This document shows positions 1-6,749 of a stretch of 45,180 nt of DNA, in pieces. The notes below the pieces were generated by a model. That model was not told the origin of the DNA and made no database searches. It saw only the letters and a program-made list of their open reading frames with translations. The DNA comes from a virus. The translations under genes and the position numbers were made by a program. Position 1 is the first letter of the stretch. Every line of letters starts with the position of its first letter. The stretch is from positions 1-45,180 of IMG/VR virus record IMGVR_UViG_3300045988_132224; one strand, given 5' to 3'.

Positions 1-119
1 ATTTTTTTTTAGTAGCGGATAACCAGTTGCTGTCCCGGCTTCAATGTCGGATCCGGACCCAAATCATTATTGATTTGGATTTCATAAATCACTTCGCGGA
101 TGTCTTGCCCGCTCCGATC
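1..119. repeat. Terminal direct repeat; bases 1-119 are identical to 45062-45180 (genome unit 45061 bp)
   Basis: Read directly: both copies run a-t(9)-agtagcggataaccagttgctgtcccggcttcaatgtcgg...cgctccgatc. Indicates a circular or circularly assembled genome, or terminal redundancy. Confidence 0.95.
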
Positions 120-344
120 CGCAACGGGGCCGACAATCTGCCATAGAGTTTCTCCTTGGTCAACAACATGGATAATGGCCGTATCCGCGGCAATGGTCTC
201 TGCTTTGGCCCATGGCGTCGTGCTGCCAATGTACAGCCCGACCCCGAAGGCGGCCACGATGGCCATCGCACTCCGGATCATCCGGAAGCGCGGCTTACGC
301 TTTTGCCTGGTCAGTCCATGTTCGTAAATCTTCATGATCTTCAT
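9..344 (-). CDS. Small membrane-anchored LysM-domain protein, YneA-like (putative cell-division inhibitor)
   Basis: ORF track gives 9..371. The SD GAAAGGAG lies 7 nt before the internal ATG at 344. The protein has a basic N-terminus, one hydrophobic helix (AMAIVAAFGVGLYIG), then a LysM-type motif VDQGETLWQIV...LKPGQQLVI. Confidence 0.7.
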   Translation of the reverse strand: MKIMKIYEHGLTRQKRKPRFRMIRSAMAIVAAFGVGLYIGSTTPWAKAETIAADTAIIHVVDQGETLWQIVGPVADRSGQDIREVIYEIQINNDLGPDPTLKPGQQLVIRY

Positions 345-651
345 TCGACTTTCTCCTTTCTTCGTATTCAAATTGGCTCATATTCGCCGACAGCTGGCTG
401 ATGAAGGTCCAGCACCGCTCCAGCTCTTTCTGGGTACGTGCCAGCTCATCTTGGAGCCGCCGCCATTCAAAGGGGCTGTGCGTCCAATCAGATGAGTCTA
501 TGCCTTCGAGTTCAAGGATATTTTTCATGCTGTACTTGACCCCAGGGAGCTTGAGCCGCTTCAGCAAGCCGTCCTGCTCCATTTTGGTGACGGCGGTACG
601 GCAAAGCCCCCAGCGTTCCATCAATTCAGTGATCGAAATAACCGGCTTCAT
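295..651 (-). CDS. Helix-turn-helix DNA-binding protein (excisionase/MerR-like HTH)
   Basis: SD AAAGGAGGG precedes the ATG at 651. N-terminal motif ITELMERWGLCRTAVTKMEQDGLL. The C-terminal half is charged and coiled-coil-like. Confidence 0.6.
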   Translation of the reverse strand: MKPVISITELMERWGLCRTAVTKMEQDGLLKRLKLPGVKYSMKNILELEGIDSSDWTHSPFEWRRLQDELARTQKELERCWTFISQLSANMSQFEYEERRKSNEDHEDLRTWTDQAKA

Positions 652-697
652 AGGGAACCCTCCTTTCAATCACATCTACATTTTCTATTCCCCGTCA

Positions 698-706
698 TGC
701 TATAAT
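698..706 (+). promoter_or_regulatory. Extended -10 promoter element TGcTATAAT for the plus-strand moron
   Basis: tgctataat read at 698-706, about 25 nt upstream of the GGGAGG SD and the GTG at 731. Confidence 0.5.
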
Positions 707-730
707 GAATCCAGAAGGGAGGTGTTTTTA

Positions 731-1291
731 GTGGATTGGTATTACCTTTTAATAATTCCTGCTTACAAGCTTGTCGTAAATGCCGTTAACTGGTGTCGTC
801 TCAATCGCCTTGAAAATCAATATTATCTATGGTTAAAAGATTATACTGACTTTGCACATCTGGCTGAAAAACGACAGCTGTTAAAAAAATTAATGAAAAC
901 AGCCAACGTAGCAGATGCTTACGTTAATCGCACCCAACCAATGGGGTTTGGGATAATTGCCAGCGGAAAATGTAATGTTTTTGAACAGTTTCCTTCAAAT
1001 GAATCGGATATTGTAAAAATTACGCTGTACAAAATCTCCGAAGCTCGTGGCGTGTTTAAGGCAAACTTTTGGGAAACATTTAATCCACTTTATTGGATCC
1101 AATTCGTTCTCTTCCTTCCTAAAAAGATGTTGACCTATTTAGGGACTAGCCCTGATTTTGTTATCACCAAACTATGCCAGTTGATATGGTGGATCGCCGG
1201 GGCTAGCGTTTCGGCTTTAAAGATAATGTATCCTGACTTTTTCCCGACAGTTCTTCCACAGCTTTTACATTCCATTGCTCAACTATTTTAA
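731..1291 (+). CDS. Hypothetical membrane protein (AT-rich moron, antisense to the early operon)
   Basis: This is the distal part of ORF 401..1291. GGGAGG lies 8 nt before the GTG at 731. The upstream part of the ORF overlaps the minus-strand HTH gene and is discounted. Both ends are hydrophobic, and the region is visibly AT-richer than its flanks. Confidence 0.55.
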   Translation: MDWYYLLIIPAYKLVVNAVNWCRLNRLENQYYLWLKDYTDFAHLAEKRQLLKKLMKTANVADAYVNRTQPMGFGIIASGKCNVFEQFPSNESDIVKITLYKISEARGVFKANFWETFNPLYWIQFVLFLPKKMLTYLGTSPDFVITKLCQLIWWIAGASVSALKIMYPDFFPTVLPQLLHSIAQLF

Positions 1292-1454
1292 ATTTCTTTA
1301 ATGGAATTTTTCCTTCCCTTAACATGGCCATGGCCAGTTCTGCATCCTCACGGGATGTATAGGTTTCTTCTGTTCGAATAAAATACTGAATCCCTGCCGG
1401 TTCATTTGATACTCTCTTGTTTCTTAACCAGGAGAGTATTTTTTTCATGATCAT
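1203..1454 (-). CDS. Hypothetical protein downstream of antirepressor 1
   Basis: ORF track; SD GGAGG lies 8 nt before the ATG at 1454. Its 3' end overlaps the convergent moron by 89 nt. Confidence 0.5.
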   Translation of the reverse strand: MIMKKILSWLRNKRVSNEPAGIQYFIRTEETYTSREDAELAMAMLREGKIPLKKFKIVEQWNVKAVEELSGKSQDTLSLKPKR

Positions 1455-1469
1455 CCATGCCGCCTCCTT

Positions 1470-2285
1470 TTAGTGCCCCGCTTCCTGGTCTTCCCGTTCA
1501 ATCATGGGAAGAACTCCATGCTTCTTGAGGAGCTGATACAGGAAGAGGCGTCCTTTCTGTGTCCATTCGGTCTGCATCTTACAGTCCGGACGGCCGTCGC
1601 TGTGCTTGAAGTCGAAGGGCTTGCTGTGGGTATAGCCCCGCGCCTGGTATTTCGCGTACAGGAACCATTGTGACCCCATCCGGTAAATGACCCGGAGTTC
1701 ATGGAGCTTCTGGTTCATCGCCTTGGCGCTCATCCCGTAATCTTTCGCAATGGCCGTGGTCGGCACGGTCCCTTTGCTGGAAAGGATGCGGTCGGTATAA
1801 TCGGCTTTCGGCTTCAGTTCACCGATGAGCTGTTTGGCACTGGCCGCTTCCAGTTCGGCACTCTTCCGGGCTTCCCGTTCGAGTTTCAGCTCCGTGGCCA
1901 GCCGGATCAGCGTGTCCGGATTCAACAGCACTTCTTCCACCTTTTCCGGTGTCAGGTAAGCCCCATGCCGGCGGATGGCCGGAAGAACTTCGTCGGCCAG
2001 GACTGCCTGGAACTTCTGAGCTACTTCGTTACTGGCCTTGAATCCCAGCCGGTACACCATGTTTTCCGGCAGGAAATCATTTTCGCCCACTTGTGGTCGA
2101 AAGCCGAAAGACTGTAAATATTCATTGACCCTTGCCCATCTAACAGATTCATACTTAACGCCGTTTTTTGTTTCCACCTTGGTAAAACCAAATCCTCTTG
2201 CTACATCTCCGGCATTCAAATAGGCCGTCCCCGTTTTCGGGTCCAGGTATCCGCGGACGTTGTTGATATTCAAAACTTCGTTCAT
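1470..2285 (-). CDS. Phage antirepressor (ORF6N/Bro-N-like N-terminus, KilA-C-like C-terminus)
   Basis: N-terminus ...AYLNAGDVARGFGF...VRWARVNEYL... and C-terminus ...TTAIAKDYGMSAKAMNQKLHEL...GYTHSK are typical of the Ant/KilAC family. SD AAAGGAGGAG. Confidence 0.75.
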   Translation of the reverse strand: MNEVLNINNVRGYLDPKTGTAYLNAGDVARGFGFTKVETKNGVKYESVRWARVNEYLQSFGFRPQVGENDFLPENMVYRLGFKASNEVAQKFQAVLADEVLPAIRRHGAYLTPEKVEEVLLNPDTLIRLATELKLEREARKSAELEAASAKQLIGELKPKADYTDRILSSKGTVPTTAIAKDYGMSAKAMNQKLHELRVIYRMGSQWFLYAKYQARGYTHSKPFDFKHSDGRPDCKMQTEWTQKGRLFLYQLLKKHGVLPMIEREDQEAGH

Positions 2286-2339
2286 ACGTGTCTCCTCCTT
2301 TACTCCATAAATTGTTCATGTCGCAAGCATTTTCCTATT

Positions 2340-2348
2340 TGCTATAAT
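2340..2348 (+). promoter_or_regulatory. Extended -10 promoter element TGcTATAAT for the second plus-strand moron
   Basis: tgctataat read at 2340-2348. It overlaps the first ATG of ORF 2347, so the true start is further downstream. Confidence 0.5.
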
Positions 2349-2964
2349 GTTTATACATAATGAAAGGATGGTGCTTATTTTGATTATCGATTCTATGACT
2401 ATAGCTTGTTATGGTGCTCTTGTTTCTACCATAGTGGCGGTTATCCAACTGTACACTTTTTTCAAATCAAGAGGATTCTTGTCACTTGATTTAGATCCTA
2501 TGCATGGTTCTTATTACATAAACAGTGACAATTGCCTACAAATTAATTACCAAGGAAAATACTTTTTAATTCTTTCTGTGAAATTAAGTAATAAGTCTTC
2601 TGTTCCTACAACAATTGATGGAATATATCTTTTAAATTCTAATAACAAAAAATTTTATTCATTCAAGGAAATAAAATTAGATCTACCGTTTTATCATGGA
2701 CATACTGTGCCTTTTAATGACAAGTTATTAACTTTTCCCTTAAGGCTGAATCAATATGATTCCATAAAAGGCACTCTAGTTTTCCCGTTGGATAATATCT
2801 ATCAATTAAAAAATGTCAGTCTCAACCAAGAACAAGGCATTACGGTTTATATCGAATCACCTAGAGGTATTTATCCCCATGAAATAACCGTACTTCCTTA
2901 CGTAACTTACATGGAGCATCATCTAAAACGGAATCTCCTTCAGCAATCAAAGAAATTGAAGTAA
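2347..2964 (+). CDS. Hypothetical N-terminally membrane-anchored protein (AT-rich moron); true start probably 2368-2380
   Basis: ORF track. TM helix ACYGALVSTIVAVIQLYTFF is followed by a beta-rich domain. The SD-like GAAAGGATGGTG precedes the TTG at 2380. Confidence 0.6.
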   Translation: MFIHNERMVLILIIDSMTIACYGALVSTIVAVIQLYTFFKSRGFLSLDLDPMHGSYYINSDNCLQINYQGKYFLILSVKLSNKSSVPTTIDGIYLLNSNNKKFYSFKEIKLDLPFYHGHTVPFNDKLLTFPLRLNQYDSIKGTLVFPLDNIYQLKNVSLNQEQGITVYIESPRGIYPHEITVLPYVTYMEHHLKRNLLQQSKKLK

Positions 2965-3061
2965 TTCCATTCAGTTCATCGAGTTCACTCATGTCCATGT
3001 CCTTTACTAGTTGAATAATTTTTTCTCTTCTACATTGTCGGAATTTTTCTTTCTTATTCAT
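2861..3061 (-). CDS. Hypothetical protein downstream of antirepressor 2
   Basis: ORF track; SD GGAGG precedes the ATG at 3061. Its 3' end overlaps the convergent moron by 104 nt. Confidence 0.45.
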   Translation of the reverse strand: MNKKEKFRQCRREKIIQLVKDMDMSELDELNGITSISLIAEGDSVLDDAPCKLRKEVRLFHGDKYL

Positions 3062-3074
3062 GCTACGCGCCTCC

Positions 3075-3878
3075 TTAGTGTCCCGCTTCTTGGTCGTCTT
3101 TTAGTAGTTCAAGAATGTGATGATTCCAGAGAAGTTGATACCCGCTGTGCCCGTTGCCGCGGGTATACGGAACATGCTCGCAGTACGGCTTTCCAATCGC
3201 GGTAGGCACCCAGTCAGTACCCACTTTTTCTTGCAAGCCTTTGCTATTCAGCATGGCGTTGACCCGTTGCGGGCTGGGATTCCCTTTACTGTTCAAGATG
3301 CCCAGTTCTTTGGCAATCATCGTCGGCGTCAGTGTCGACGGGTTAGTTTCTGCCGGGATGAACCGTTTCAGCGGGGTCATATCGACGCCGTAAGCCTTCC
3401 CGACCATCTGCATGGCTGCGGTCATGGCCATTGGCTTCTTGACGCCGAAGGTATCGGCAATCATAGCTGCCGTGTCGGCCGTATCCTTTACCGCTGTCTT
3501 AATCATCCGTGTCCGGTAATGCGGGTTCGGGGTGATCTTGGGGACGGCATATTTGCCGGTTTTTCGTATCGTCGGCAAGACGTCCGACGTGACCCAACGT
3601 TTGAATTGTTTAGCTGTCGGAAGCTTACTGGAGAGAACTAAACTATATAAGCCTGATTCATTGATGAGTGTGGCCTTGCTTTTGTAGTTGGAACCACTCC
3701 CCTGAATCAGGGTACTGGTTTTATCTTCGGGATCTATGTGATTCGCTACAGCATTTTCCGGTTTTGCATAGCCTAGTGCCATTGCCACATCTTTAGCGAC
3801 AAACCATGGATCACCGTCTATCGTTACTGTTCTTACCTGTCCAAATTCTGGACTTTTAAAAATCTGTAATTCGTTCAT
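3075..3878 (-). CDS. Bro-N family antirepressor
   Basis: Classic Bro-N motif FGQVRTVTIDGDPWFVAKDVAMALGY...INESGLYSLVLSSKLPTAKQFKRWVTSDVLP. The C-terminal tail DDQEAGH is shared with antirepressor 1. Confidence 0.8.
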   Translation of the reverse strand: MNELQIFKSPEFGQVRTVTIDGDPWFVAKDVAMALGYAKPENAVANHIDPEDKTSTLIQGSGSNYKSKATLINESGLYSLVLSSKLPTAKQFKRWVTSDVLPTIRKTGKYAVPKITPNPHYRTRMIKTAVKDTADTAAMIADTFGVKKPMAMTAAMQMVGKAYGVDMTPLKRFIPAETNPSTLTPTMIAKELGILNSKGNPSPQRVNAMLNSKGLQEKVGTDWVPTAIGKPYCEHVPYTRGNGHSGYQLLWNHHILELLKDDQEAGH

Positions 3879-3912
3879 TTCTTTTCACTCCTTCGCTAAC
3901 GCGCCCACATCA

Positions 3913-4128
3913 TTAATTACTTGTATTTCCGTCATTTCGTTTCAAAAAATTAAGGTCAATTCCTAAAATATCGGCCAATCTCGATAATACTTTCAAGCTC
4001 GGAGTGTACCGGCCTCTTTCCACATCTGCATAATATGCACGCGAAACACCGACCATCCCAGATAATTCCAATTGAGTTAATCCAGCCTTTTCACGAGCGG
4101 ACTTGAGCACATCTCCAATTTTATTCAC
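3913..4128 (-). CDS. Cro-like XRE-family HTH regulator
   Basis: GLTQLELSGMVGVSRAYYADVERGRYTPS HTH_3 motif. GTG start with SD GGAGGTGG. Transcribed divergently from the repressor. Confidence 0.8.
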   Translation of the reverse strand: MNKIGDVLKSAREKAGLTQLELSGMVGVSRAYYADVERGRYTPSLKVLSRLADILGIDLNFLKRNDGNTSN

Positions 4129-4285
4129 TATACCACCTCCCTTCTTTAATTACTTGTATTTCCGTCTTGCAAAGTAAGTGTACAGTATTTCCGTCATTTT
4201 GTCAATAGTATTTCCGTCATATTTATATTATAATGGTCTCAAAAGACGGAAAAACCGCACAAGGCAAAAATAAGGAGGGATTCTT
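4129..4285. promoter_or_regulatory. Divergent immunity (cro/cI) control region with repeated operator-like motif GTATTTCCGTC
   Basis: Direct copies lie at 4156-4166, 4185-4195 and 4208-4218, with an inverted half-site GACGGAAA at 4244-4251. TATAAT lies at 4229-4234 (+). Confidence 0.6.
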
Positions 4286-4903
4286 ATGAAAAGCATAGGT
4301 GAACGAATTAAAGAAGCGAGAAAATCGGCTGGATTGACACAATTAGAACTGGCTAAAAAAACAGAGCTTTCCCGCTCTTATATTGGCGATATAGAAAAAG
4401 ATAGGTATAACCCCAGTGTATCTACCCTGCAATTAATAGCTACAGCAACAAATACGCCATTGGAAGATTTACTTCCATCAACTAAGACGGTTTCCCCCGC
4501 AGGCCGGGGCGTCCGCATCCCAGTTCTTGGCCGCGTCGTGGCGGGCATCCCTATCGAAGCCGTGGAGGAAATCCTGGACTACGAAGAAATCACCCCGGAG
4601 CTTGCCGCGACTGGCGAATTTTTTGCATTAAAAATCCGCGGTCACTCGATGGAGCCGCGGATGATGGAAGGCGACGTCGTTATTGTCCGCCGGCAGGATG
4701 ACGTAGAGTCAGGAGATATCGCCATCGTTTTGGTCAATGGCAACGAGGCCACCGTGAAACGCGTGAAAAAGCAGGAAGACGGCATCACCCTGATTGCAAC
4801 GAACACGTCTGTATACGAACCGCATTACTACTCCAACAAGGAAATTGAAGAACTCCCGGTCCGTATCCTCGGCAGAGTCGTTGAGCTTCGGGGGAAGATG
4901 TAA
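4286..4903 (+). CDS. CI/LexA-like repressor (XRE HTH plus S24 autopeptidase domain)
   Basis: HTH GLTQLELAKKTELSRSYIGDIEKDRYNPS. Putative cleavage site VVAG. Ser in GHSMEP and Lys in ATVKRV form the S24 dyad. Confidence 0.9.
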   Translation: MKSIGERIKEARKSAGLTQLELAKKTELSRSYIGDIEKDRYNPSVSTLQLIATATNTPLEDLLPSTKTVSPAGRGVRIPVLGRVVAGIPIEAVEEILDYEEITPELAATGEFFALKIRGHSMEPRMMEGDVVIVRRQDDVESGDIAIVLVNGNEATVKRVKKQEDGITLIATNTSVYEPHYYSNKEIEELPVRILGRVVELRGKM

Positions 4904-4925
4904 TATAGGAAAGGATAATTTTATC

Positions 4926-5399
4926 ATGATATTAACTCAACATGAAGCAGACACATTGCGAGAAATAGAAAAATGTTTAGCCAGTCCAACTAGTGTCCGA
5001 CTTCCTCAACGACGAGAAACTAAATTGTATCCACTATGGTATCAATATAATGGCCGGAACAAGGATGATATGACCCTTTCGGCCTTCCGGGGCAATAAAA
5101 ACCCCAAAAAAGTCTCTTTCCGCTTATTATATTCTCAATGTATAATATTGGTAAGGATCGATACCCAGGATCCTACGCCACACACAAATCCAGATGGAAC
5201 AAGAATAGCACCGTTGGAGCCGCATATTCACATTTATAAAGAAGGCTATGGCGATAAATTTGCTTACCCCTTGCCAGAAGAATTTAGTCATACTAATGAT
5301 ATTATTGATTTGTTTATGGATTTCTTAGCATACTCACATGTTATCAACAGGGACCAAGTGCATCTTGTAGAACCGGAGGTGCTTTTTGATGGATACTAA
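4926..5399 (+). CDS. Hypothetical protein with His-rich motif (HTNPDG...PHIHIY), co-transcribed with the repressor
   Basis: This is the distal part of ORF 4794..5399. SD GGAAAGGA precedes the ATG at 4926. It starts 22 nt after the repressor stop with no terminator between them. Confidence 0.65.
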   Translation: MILTQHEADTLREIEKCLASPTSVRLPQRRETKLYPLWYQYNGRNKDDMTLSAFRGNKNPKKVSFRLLYSQCIILVRIDTQDPTPHTNPDGTRIAPLEPHIHIYKEGYGDKFAYPLPEEFSHTNDIIDLFMDFLAYSHVINRDQVHLVEPEVLFDGY

Positions 5400-6165
5400 T
5401 TTCGATTGGATTGCTGAATATTACCAATGGATAAAAAAGAATTTATCTGCCAGACGGTTAAAAAATGGATGGACAGAAATCGGCACACCGTTTATGGACC
5501 GTCATAATGATGGGCTGGTAATCTACGCTAAGAGGGATGGGGACAGCATCACTTTATCTGATGATGGATATATTATTAACGACTTGATTGCTGACGGCGT
5601 TTCCTTACGCGGTTCTAAGCGAGCCGCTTTTTTAAACGGTCTCCTTTTTTCTTATGGCGTCGAAAACCAAGACAATGAAATGGTGATGCGTACTACCCCA
5701 AAAAACTATGCTGTAAGTATGCATATGTTTATTCAAGCTATGCTTGCCGTAAATGATATGTTTATGTTAAACAATGCTACAATAAAAACCATTTTCTTGG
5801 ATGATGTCGCTAATTATTTTGACCAACAAGGCCTTATCTATACTCCAAACTTTTTGGCTAAAGGCAGTACAGGCCTGGAATTTAATTTCAACTTCCAGAT
5901 TGCTGGACGAACGTCAGAAATACTTATCAATTCATTTAATTCTATCAACCGAGGGAATCTTGCGGCGTTCCTATTTGATTGGCAGGATATACGTGATGAA
6001 CGACAGAAAAGGTCCCGTAAGAAAGTGAAAGGCTTAGCAATCATTAACGACGAAAAGGAAGTTGACAGAAAATATTTGGATGCATTGATCGCTAAAGGTA
6101 CAGACTATATTCTTTTTTCCGAACGATTGAAGCCTGAAAATCTCCAAAAATTAACGGCGGCCTAA
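5389..6165 (+). CDS. Hypothetical protein; from memory resembles DUF1828 (N) plus DUF1829 (C) family proteins
   Basis: SD GGAGGTG lies 7 nt before the ATG at 5389. It overlaps the upstream stop by 11 nt, suggesting translational coupling. Motif GWTEIGTPFMDRHNDGLVIYAKRDGDSITLSDDGY. Confidence 0.6.
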   Translation: MDTNFDWIAEYYQWIKKNLSARRLKNGWTEIGTPFMDRHNDGLVIYAKRDGDSITLSDDGYIINDLIADGVSLRGSKRAAFLNGLLFSYGVENQDNEMVMRTTPKNYAVSMHMFIQAMLAVNDMFMLNNATIKTIFLDDVANYFDQQGLIYTPNFLAKGSTGLEFNFNFQIAGRTSEILINSFNSINRGNLAAFLFDWQDIRDERQKRSRKKVKGLAIINDEKEVDRKYLDALIAKGTDYILFSERLKPENLQKLTAA

Positions 6166-6218
6166 CTCAATGCAAAACGAACGAATTTCTCAAATTTTAA
6201 CCTGATTCTGCAAGAAGT

Positions 6219-6294
6219 CTCCCGCCTCTATAGGTGGGAGTACGTTCACTTGTTTCAGAAATAAAAAAAGATCCTGAACATATTATTCAGGATC
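6219..6294. terminator. Two hairpins ending the repressor-cargo operon
   Basis: ctcccgcc/ggtgggag stem at 6219-6240. Perfect 9-bp stem gatcctgaa/ttcaggatc at 6270-6294, flanked by an A-run upstream. Confidence 0.45.
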
Positions 6295-6508
6295 TCAAAA
6301 ATAATATTGCAAAAAAATAAGCCACCCCCAGGGGCAAAGGAATTCTAAGCGTAATCGCCTACTCCCATTCGGGAACCCAGCCTTATCCTTCACAAGTTGA
6401 CTTTATAGTCATTATATCAAAAAAACGGGAAAATGCAACTATTTATTTTATGACACCTGTTCTTGACCAAACAAGATAAAAATAGAAAAAGTACCGGCAC
6501 CGTGCTGC

Positions 6509-6739
6509 GACGTCGTCATCGTCAAAAAGCAGCCAACCGTAGACTCTGGTGACATTGCCATCGTCCTCGTCAACGGCAACGACGCCACGGTCAAAGAGAT
6601 AAAAGAAAGCCCGGCCGGCATCACTCTCATCGGCCATAACGTCGCCGTATATACGCCCCACTTCTACTCCAACCATGACATAGAGTCTCTTCCCATCCAG
6701 ATAATCGGCAAAGTGGTGGAGATGCGGCGGAAGTTTTAG
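6509..6739 (+). pseudogene. 5'-truncated remnant of a second S24-type repressor (C-terminal 76 codons only, no start codon)
   Basis: It translates to DVVIVKKQPTVDSGDIAIVLVNGNDATVKEIKESPAGITLIGHNVAVYTPHFYSNHDIESLPIQIIGKVVEMRRKF*. This is collinear with the CI C-terminus DVVIVRRQDDVESGDIAIVLVNGNEATVKRV...VVELRGKM*. An in-frame TGA lies at 6464, and there is no ATG/GTG/TTG after it. Confidence 0.8.
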
Positions 6740-6749
6740 AAAGGAAGTA

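Noticed and set aside
401-730. N-terminal 110 codons of the 296-aa plus-strand ORF 401..1291
   Set aside because: It overlaps the well-supported minus-strand HTH gene and has Ser/Arg-rich noise composition. A promoter (698-706) and an SD/GTG at 731 define a shorter gene.
6443-6676. 77-aa and 60-aa minus-strand ORFs
   Set aside because: They are antisense to the S24 repressor remnant, whose plus-strand reading is clearly homologous to the resident CI C-terminus.
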